A stretch of DNA of 64,000 nt from an uncultured Trueperaceae bacterium (lineage in GTDB: Bacteria; Deinococcota; Deinococci; Deinococcales; Trueperaceae), in assembly GCA_963815215.1 (NCBI GenBank), contig CAWFFU010000009.1, forward strand, positions 64,001-128,000, written 5' to 3'. Below the pieces are notes generated by a model. The model did not search any database. It saw only the letters and a program-made list of their open reading frames with translations, and had not been told where the DNA came from. The position numbers were made by a program, and so were the translations under genes. Of this stretch, positions 57,747 to 64,000 are shown piece after piece. Position 1 is the stretch's first letter, and the number at the start of each line of letters is the position of its first letter.

Positions 57747-58715
57747 TCAGGCGCCGGCGTCGCGCGGGCGCTCGTCGGGCAGGTCCGCGCTTCCGGGAAG
57801 CGCCCGGCGCACGTCCTGGAGGGTGGGTTGCGCGGCGGTACCACCGGCGGCGCGCGTCGACAGCGAACCGCAGGCCGTTCCTAGCGTGAGACAGGCCGCG
57901 AGCGGCCAGCCGCGGGTCCAGCCGTAGAGGAAGCCGGCGTCGAAGGAGTCGCCGGCTCCGGTGGTGTCCACCACGTCCACCGCGAGCGCGCCGCGGCGCG
58001 CCCGGTCACGCCCGCTCCAGGCCTCGCCTCCGTCCGCCCCGCGCTTCACCGCCACGGTGCCGACGCGCCGGCTCAGCGCCTGAAGCGCCGCGCCCAGCTC
58101 GGGCTCTCCGCTGAGTCGCAGGGCCTCGGTCTCGTTGGGCAGGAGCACGTCGACCCACGGCAGGAGCCGATCGAGCCCGCCGTCCCAGGCGCCGCTGGGG
58201 TCGAAGTTGGTGTCGAGCGAGGTGGTGAGGCCGCGGGCCCGGGCCCGCTCGAACAGCGCCGGCGCGTCCGGGCGCAGCGCGTCGAGCAGGAAGTAGCTGC
58301 CCAGGTGCAGGTGTGCGCCGTCGGCCAGCAGCGCGTCGGGCACGTCCTCGGCCCGCAACGCGGGGATGGCGCCGGGGAAGGTCAGGATGGCCCGGTCGGA
58401 GGGGCGCGACAGGATCACACTGACGCCGGTGCGCAGGGCGGGGTCGACGCGACAGGCGCCGACGTCGACCCCGCGGTTCGCCATGGCGTCGAGCATGTAG
58501 CGTCCGAAGGGGTCGTCGCCGACGACCCCGACGAAGGCGGTGCGGAGCCCCAGCCGGGCGGCGCCGCACGCCATGATCGCCGCCGACGAGCCGATCTCCA
58601 GATCTGCGTCGTCGACCAGCTTCTCCGCCTGCCCGAAGGCGGGCGTGAGGTCGTCGTCGCGCAGGATGAGGTCGGGGTTGATCTCCCCGACGACCAGCAG
58701 GTCGAAGCGCCTCAC
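57747..58715 (-). CDS. PfkB family carbohydrate kinase
   Basis: VGVVGDDPFG, NETEA, DTTGAGDSFDAG. Confidence 0.92.
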   Translation of the reverse strand: MRRFDLLVVGEINPDLILRDDDLTPAFGQAEKLVDDADLEIGSSAAIMACGAARLGLRTAFVGVVGDDPFGRYMLDAMANRGVDVGACRVDPALRTGVSVILSRPSDRAILTFPGAIPALRAEDVPDALLADGAHLHLGSYFLLDALRPDAPALFERARARGLTTSLDTNFDPSGAWDGGLDRLLPWVDVLLPNETEALRLSGEPELGAALQALSRRVGTVAVKRGADGGEAWSGRDRARRGALAVDVVDTTGAGDSFDAGFLYGWTRGWPLAACLTLGTACGSLSTRAAGGTAAQPTLQDVRRALPGSADLPDERPRDAGA

Positions 58716-58776
58716 GGCGGGCCGCCGCGGGGAGCGCGGCGACGGGGGAGGGCCCCGCCGCCGCGCGTCCTGGCGT

Positions 58777-60054
58777 TCACTCGTGCAGCGTCACGCCGCC
58801 GGCGGTCTTGCCGGCCATGAACGCGGCGATGCTGTCGGCCGCCTGCTGCGGCGACTGCATGCCGAGAAGGGCGCGTTGCACGGCCACGATGGTGGTCTGG
58901 ACGAGCTCGTCGTACCACTCCACCTGGGGCAGCGGCCGCGCCTTCGCGGACTGCGCGCCGAACTGTTGCCAGTAGGGGTACTTCTGCAACAGCGCAGGAT
59001 CTGTGTAGAGCGCCGTGAACAGCGGCAGGCTGCCGAGCTTCTCGGCCCGCTCGCGGTCGCGCTCCGGTGAGATCATGTAGTGGATGTACTGCCAGGCGGC
59101 GTCCTTGTTCTTCGACGCCTTGGGGATGGCGAAGGCTTCGGGCAGCGTCAATGTGGCCTGCGACTCGCCGGACTCGGCCGGCAGCCACGCCGCGGCCTCG
59201 ACCTGACCGACCACCTTCGAGCGCTGCGGGTCGTTGGCGTAGTTCTGCGTCACCGGCGGGCCCTGGAAGAAGAAGGCGGCGTTGCCGGCGTAGAGCAGGT
59301 CGGCAGCGGCCTCTTGCGACAGCGTGATGCTGGACGGGTTGGCGATCTTGTCGGTCTTCAGCATGTCGACCATGAAGGCCAGCGCCTTGACCGCCTGCGG
59401 CTTGTTGATGGTGATGGTGCCGTCGGCCGAGAAGTAGTCGGTGCCGAAGCTGTAGAGGTAGAAGGCGAAGGAGTTGGCGAGCGCCCACTCCTGGTTCCAG
59501 TACTCGGTGACCGGGTACTCGACGATGCCCTTGTCCTTGAGGGCGGCGCTGTCGGCGACGACCTCGTCCCAGGTCTTGGGCGGCTGAGCGATGCCGGCCT
59601 TGTCGAGCATGGCCTTGTTGTAGAAGAAGAAGCGGGTGTCGTTGTTCCAGGGGATGCCCAGGACCTGGCCGTTCTTGGTGAAGGTGGCGAGCAGGCCCGG
59701 CAGGAGCGAGTCGAGGTAGGCCTGGTCGGCGTAGCTGCCCAGCGGCTCGACCCAGTCGGCCGACGCGAACTTGGCGACCCAGCCGTTGTCGAACTCGATC
59801 ACGTCGTAGGTTCCGCCGCCGGCGGCGAGGTCGGTGAGGACCTTGTTGGCGACCTCGTCCCACGACATCTGGATGAATTCGACACTGATGCCGCTCTGCT
59901 GCTCGAACTGGCGTGTCTGCGCTTCCCACAGGCCCACCAGGTCCATCTCGTGGCGCGGCATGATGACGGTGATCTTCTGCGCCACCGCGGGGCCGGCGAG
60001 CAGAAGCGCGGCGACCAGCGCGGCGATGAGGCGCCTTGCGATACGTGGCAACAT
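58777..60054 (-). CDS. Carbohydrate ABC substrate-binding protein
   Basis: Signal peptide; YDVIEFD, FFYNKAML..PPKTWDE. Confidence 0.92.
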   Translation of the reverse strand: MLPRIARRLIAALVAALLLAGPAVAQKITVIMPRHEMDLVGLWEAQTRQFEQQSGISVEFIQMSWDEVANKVLTDLAAGGGTYDVIEFDNGWVAKFASADWVEPLGSYADQAYLDSLLPGLLATFTKNGQVLGIPWNNDTRFFFYNKAMLDKAGIAQPPKTWDEVVADSAALKDKGIVEYPVTEYWNQEWALANSFAFYLYSFGTDYFSADGTITINKPQAVKALAFMVDMLKTDKIANPSSITLSQEAAADLLYAGNAAFFFQGPPVTQNYANDPQRSKVVGQVEAAAWLPAESGESQATLTLPEAFAIPKASKNKDAAWQYIHYMISPERDRERAEKLGSLPLFTALYTDPALLQKYPYWQQFGAQSAKARPLPQVEWYDELVQTTIVAVQRALLGMQSPQQAADSIAAFMAGKTAGGVTLHE

Positions 60055-60205
60055 GGGTTCACCCTCCTAAAGGTGTTGGTTGGCTCGATGCCTCGCTTGC
60101 GTCATGCGGTTCGTCCTAGCGGCCCTCCCTCCTTCCCGGGGGCGCCCGCGTGGGGATGCTGCGGGCGCGTGCCCGTCGGGCTCTCATGGCCTGTCCCTTC
60201 ATGGC

Positions 60206-61115
60206 CTATCCCTTCACGGCTCCGGCCGTGAGGCCCTGGATGATGTAGCGCTGGAAGAACAGCGCCAGCAGTACGGGGGGCAGCGAAGTGAGCACGCCCG
60301 CCGTGGCCATGGCGCCGTAGTCGACGCCGACCTTGCTGGAGAACTCGGCGACGATGACGCTGAGGGTCTTCGAGTGCAGCGTGGAGCTCAGGATGAAGGC
60401 GGTGAAGAACTCGTTCCAGGCGATGATGAAGGCGAACATGCCGCCGGCGGCCAGCCCCGAGCTCGAAAGCGGCAGCACCACCCGGAACAGCGCGCTGGCC
60501 CGGGTGCAGCCGTCGATGCGGGCGGCGTCCTCGAGGCTGGTGGGGATGCCGTCGAAGTAGCCCTTCAGGATCCAGGTGATGAGCGGCAGGATGATGGCGA
60601 TGTCGGCCAGCATGAGCGCGAACACGGTGTCGAGCAGCCCGATGCTGCGGAACACCACGTACATGGGGATGATGATGACCACGGTGGGCAGAAGCTGGGT
60701 CGCCAGCAAGGTGGCGAGGAAGGCGCCCTTGAGGCGGAAGCGCAGCCGGCTCACCGCGTACGCCGACAGCGAGCCTGCCACCAGTGACACCAGCGTTGCG
60801 AGCCCCGCCACGATCAAGCTGTTCAGGGCGCCGGCGCGGACGCTTCGGTGGACGCTGGTGCTCGAAGCCGCCCCCCACGAAGATGTCGACGTAGTTGGAC
60901 AGGTCGAGGTGGTCGGGCAGCCACTGCAGCGGCTTCGAGGTGAGCGCCGCGCGCGTCGAGACGCTGGAGATGACGAGCCACGCGAACGGCGCCAGCACCC
61001 ACAGCACCACGGCCAGGACCGCGAGGTAGAGCAGGACGCGGCCCAGCAGCCGCCGCCGGCGGCGCCGGGAGCGGCCGCCGGCGGCGCTGTTGGCGCGAAG
61101 CGAGCGGGCGCTCAT
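60206..61115 (-). CDS. Carbohydrate ABC permease (MalG-like); +1 frameshift in a G6 run at 60871-60876
   Basis: MSARSL..LSNYVDIFV in one frame; ..ALNSLIVA..SLEDAARIDG..WNEF..GAVKG in the next; removing one G joins them (IFVGAASSTSVHRSVRAGALNS). Confidence 0.85.
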
Positions 61116-62050
61116 TCGGCGGTCTCCCGGGGCGAGATCATGCGCACGTAGAAGAACGCGATGATCAGCGACAGCACCACCAGGATGAACGCCATCGAGG
61201 CGCCGTAGCCGAACTTCAGGAACTTGAAGGTCGTCAGGTAGGTGTAGAAGGTGGCGACGTTGGTGGCGTTGGCGGGGCCGCCGCCGGTCATGACGTAGAT
61301 GAGGTCGAACTCCTTGAGCGCCCACACCGTCTTGACCACCATCGTCACCGCGATCACCGCCCGAAGGCTGGGGAAGGTCACGGCCCAGAACTGCCGCCAG
61401 GCGTTGGCGCCGTCGACCCGGGCCGCCTCGTACTGCTCCTGCGGGATGGTCTGCAGCGCGGCCAGCAACAGGATGACGGCGACCGGCGTCTCCTTCCAGA
61501 TGTTGGCCACGATCACCAGGTGGAAGGCAGAGACGGGATAGCCCAACCAGATGTGGTAGTGGTCGATCAGCCCGACCTGCTGCAGCAGCGCGTTGAGCGC
61601 GCCGTAATTGGCGTTGAGGATCCACTTCCACATCACGCCGTTGACGATGTAGGGCATCGCCCACGGCAGGATGATGAGGCCGCGCACGAAGCCGCGCCCC
61701 CAGAAGCGCTGATTGAGCAGCAGCGCGATGAGCAGCCCCAGCGTGGTCTCCGCCGGCACCGTGATCAGCGCGAAGTAGAAGGTGCGCCCCAGGGAGGCCC
61801 GGAACTCCGGGTCCTGCAGCGCCCGCAGGTAGTTGGCGAGACCGATGAAGGCGCCGCTGTCCGGTTGCGAGAGCACGCGGTCGGTCAGGCTCATGCGCAG
61901 CGTGTCGAGGATGGGGTAGAGCAGCACCCCGAACACCAGCACCAGGGTGGGCACCAGCAGCAGCGTGGCCAGGAAGCCGGGCCGGTCGAGCCAGGTGGAC
62001 CAGCCGGGCAGCGCGAAGCGCGACCGGCCGGGGCCGCCTGCCGCCCTCAC
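61112..62050 (-). CDS. Carbohydrate ABC permease (MalF-like)
   Basis: QYEAARVDGANAW; MTGGGP. Confidence 0.93.
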   Translation of the reverse strand: MRAAGGPGRSRFALPGWSTWLDRPGFLATLLLVPTLVLVFGVLLYPILDTLRMSLTDRVLSQPDSGAFIGLANYLRALQDPEFRASLGRTFYFALITVPAETTLGLLIALLLNQRFWGRGFVRGLIILPWAMPYIVNGVMWKWILNANYGALNALLQQVGLIDHYHIWLGYPVSAFHLVIVANIWKETPVAVILLLAALQTIPQEQYEAARVDGANAWRQFWAVTFPSLRAVIAVTMVVKTVWALKEFDLIYVMTGGGPANATNVATFYTYLTTFKFLKFGYGASMAFILVVLSLIIAFFYVRMISPRETAE

Positions 62051-63033
62051 GGCAGCCGCTCCGTGCGCACGGCGCCGGCCAGCTCACGGACGGCCGCGCC
62101 GTCGACGGTGCCGCCCCCGCCGCGGCGGGCGTTGTCGGCGCCGGCCGCCACGCCCAGCGCCAGCGCCCGCTCGGCGGGCTCGCCGGCGTCCTCGGCCCAC
62201 AGGAAGGCTCCCAGCAGGCAGTCGCCCGAGCCGATCGGGTTGACGACATCGACGCGCGGGGCGTGCGCCAGCCAGCGCTCGCGGCCGCACACCAGCAGCG
62301 CGCCGTCCTCGCCGAGGGTGACCAGGACGCGCGCGCCGTAGCGGCGCTGCAGCGCCTCGGCGGCGGCGAGCGGGTCGTCGGGGGACGTCAGCCCCAGCAC
62401 GTGCGCGGCCTCGGCCAGCTCGCGGCGGTTGGGCTTGATCAGCTCCGCGCCCGCCTCCAGGGCGGCGAGGAGGGCGGGGCCGTGGGCGTCCATGACGACG
62501 GGGCCCGGAAGGTCCGCCAGCAGGGCGGCGAAGGTCGCCGGCGGGGTCCCCGGCGGAAGGCTGCCCGACACGGCCAGCCTGCCCTCGGGGAGCTTCGCCA
62601 GCAGCGTGCGCCAGGCGACCTCGTCGACCTGGGGGCCCGCCTCGTTGATCTCGGTCGGGTGAGCGCTACCGTCCAGCACGATGGTGCACTCGCGGGTCTC
62701 GCCGTTCACCTCGGTGAGCGCGCCGGACAGCCCTTCGGCTTCGAGCAATGCGCGGAACTTGCGTCCGTTGAACCCTGCCAGCGGCCCCGCCACCACGACA
62801 CCGGCCTGCGCGACGTCGCTGGCGGGGTCGGAGGCGGGGTCGGAGGCGGCGAGCGCGGCGACGGCGCGCGCCAGGTTGACGCCCTTGCCGCCCGCCGCTT
62901 CCCTCACGTGGGCCACGCGGTGCAGCGTTCCGGGCTCGAGCCCGCGGCCCAGCGTGAGGGTCCGGTCGAGCGCCGGGTTGGGCGTCAGCGCGACGATGGG
63001 GCGCGCCGAGCGTTGGATCGTGGGTCGCGTCAT
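62047..63033 (-). CDS. 1-phosphofructokinase / tagatose-6-phosphate kinase family hexose kinase
   Basis: TPNPALD, AGGKGVNLAR, SGSLPPG, IKPNRREL, NPIGSGD. Confidence 0.9.
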   Translation of the reverse strand: MTRPTIQRSARPIVALTPNPALDRTLTLGRGLEPGTLHRVAHVREAAGGKGVNLARAVAALAASDPASDPASDVAQAGVVVAGPLAGFNGRKFRALLEAEGLSGALTEVNGETRECTIVLDGSAHPTEINEAGPQVDEVAWRTLLAKLPEGRLAVSGSLPPGTPPATFAALLADLPGPVVMDAHGPALLAALEAGAELIKPNRRELAEAAHVLGLTSPDDPLAAAEALQRRYGARVLVTLGEDGALLVCGRERWLAHAPRVDVVNPIGSGDCLLGAFLWAEDAGEPAERALALGVAAGADNARRGGGGTVDGAAVRELAGAVRTERLP

Positions 63034-63089
63034 GGCTGGCCTCACGGTGGCTCCGGGTGGCTCCGGGCGGCGCGGCTGCGGTCGGGCGG

Positions 63090-64000
63090 TCAGATCCGCT
63101 CGAGCTCGATGGCGAAGCGCAGGTTGCGGGGGTGGTCGGGGTCGAGGCCCTTGCCCACGCCGCGATGGTGGGCCAGGAGCTGGAGCGGGGGCAGGTAGAG
63201 CGGCAGGCGCGCTTCCTCCGACAGGCCGCTGCCGAAGTTCAGCACGGTGGCGCCCGGGACGACGTCGCTGTCGAGGGGGTCGTCGCAGACCACCAGCACG
63301 CGGGCGCCCAGGTGCACCATCTCGCGCAGCACCGCCGCCTCGGCGCGGGTCGGGTCGTTCCCCAGCAGCCCGACGACGAGGGTGTTCTCGTCGACCATGC
63401 TCTGCGGACCGTGCCGGAACTCGAGGGTCTGGAACGCTTCGGCCTCGGTGAGCGAGGTCTCCTTGAGCTTCAGGGCTCCCTCCATCGCCAGCCCCCAGCG
63501 GTCGCCGGTGCCGAGCACGTAGATGCGCTCGGGCGCCATGGCGAGGGGCTTGACGGCTTCCTCGGAGCGATCGATCCAGGCCGGCGCCAGCTCCGGCAGG
63601 CGCCGCAGCGACGCGCGCGCGGGCTCGTCGCGGCCCGCCAGCGCCGCGAGCGACAGCACCGTCAGCAGTTGCGCGCTGAACGAGCGCGTCTGCACCGTCG
63701 AGTCCTCGGCGGCGCCGGGGATGACCAGCGCGTGGTCGGCGGCGTCGATGATCGGGGTCTGGGCGACGGTGGTGATGCCCACGGCCAGGGCGCCGCCGGC
63801 GCGCATGGCGGTGAGCGCCCGCAAGGTCTCGGTGGTGGTCCCGGAGCGAGAGATGCCGAGCGCCAGGCCGCCGCGGGTGACCGGGTAGAGCTCGGGGTGC
63901 AGCAGCGCTTCGGACGCCGGCACCGCCATGGCGTCTCGGCCACGGCGCACCCAGGCGCCGCGGGCGGCCAGGCCCAGGTAGTACGACGAGCCGGCGCCGA
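63090..64000 (-). CDS. Double-SIS sugar-phosphate isomerase/deaminase (AgaS/GlmS-C/FrlB-like); 5' end outside window
   Basis: GAGSSYY, ISRSGTTTET, EGALKLKET, EFRHGP, GLDPDHPRNL. Confidence 0.88.
   Translation of the reverse strand, partial: GAGSSYYLGLAARGAWVRRGRDAMAVPASEALLHPELYPVTRGGLALGISRSGTTTETLRALTAMRAGGALAVGITTVAQTPIIDAADHALVIPGAAEDSTVQTRSFSAQLLTVLSLAALAGRDEPARASLRRLPELAPAWIDRSEEAVKPLAMAPERIYVLGTGDRWGLAMEGALKLKETSLTEAEAFQTLEFRHGPQSMVDENTLVVGLLGNDPTRAEAAVLREMVHLGARVLVVCDDPLDSDVVPGATVLNFGSGLSEEARLPLYLPPLQLLAHHRGVGKGLDPDHPRNLRFAIELERI

Overview
A 64-kb, very GC-rich bacterial chromosomal segment made up almost entirely of nutrient-scavenging and envelope genes. The gene families and signal-peptide style suggest Deinococcota, possibly Trueperaceae (inference only). 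In order: (1) the 3' part of an S8 subtilase and a frameshifted EAL-domain remnant; (2) an ~18-kb minus-strand GntR-linked glycoside catabolic locus (esterase, sugar ABC importer, three Gfo/Idh/MocA oxidoreductases, a DUF993/DHDPS-like TIM barrel, a sugar-phosphate isomerase-like TIM barrel, an uncharacterised ~894-aa enzyme, GH31 and a six-hairpin glycosidase); (3) divergent LysM-M23 and VanY-LysM peptidoglycan hydrolases; (4) a MarR-linked, two-gene rifampin-phosphotransferase-like dikinase plus an MFS exporter; (5) two family-5 (peptide) ABC importers with M24, M19, M28 and GATase-like hydrolases, an AKR-Rid fusion, an IclR regulator and a 25-bp motif shared by two promoters, then a GNAT/PLP-racemase pair; (6) a ROK-linked GH66+GH15 alpha-1,6-glucan locus; (7) bactofilin-like, DUF2953/YtfJ and cold-shock genes; (8) a SIS/PfkB sugar locus cut by the window end. 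None of the five ABC importers has an ATPase gene in the window. Two genes carry single-base frameshifts in G runs (sequencing error or recent inactivation). I found no rRNA, tRNA, CRISPR array, transposase, integrase or prophage. The best candidates for undescribed biology are the oxidoreductase/DUF993/894-aa glycoside pathway, the split Rph-like module and the IclR peptide-salvage regulon. All product calls come from motif recognition by eye, not from database searches.
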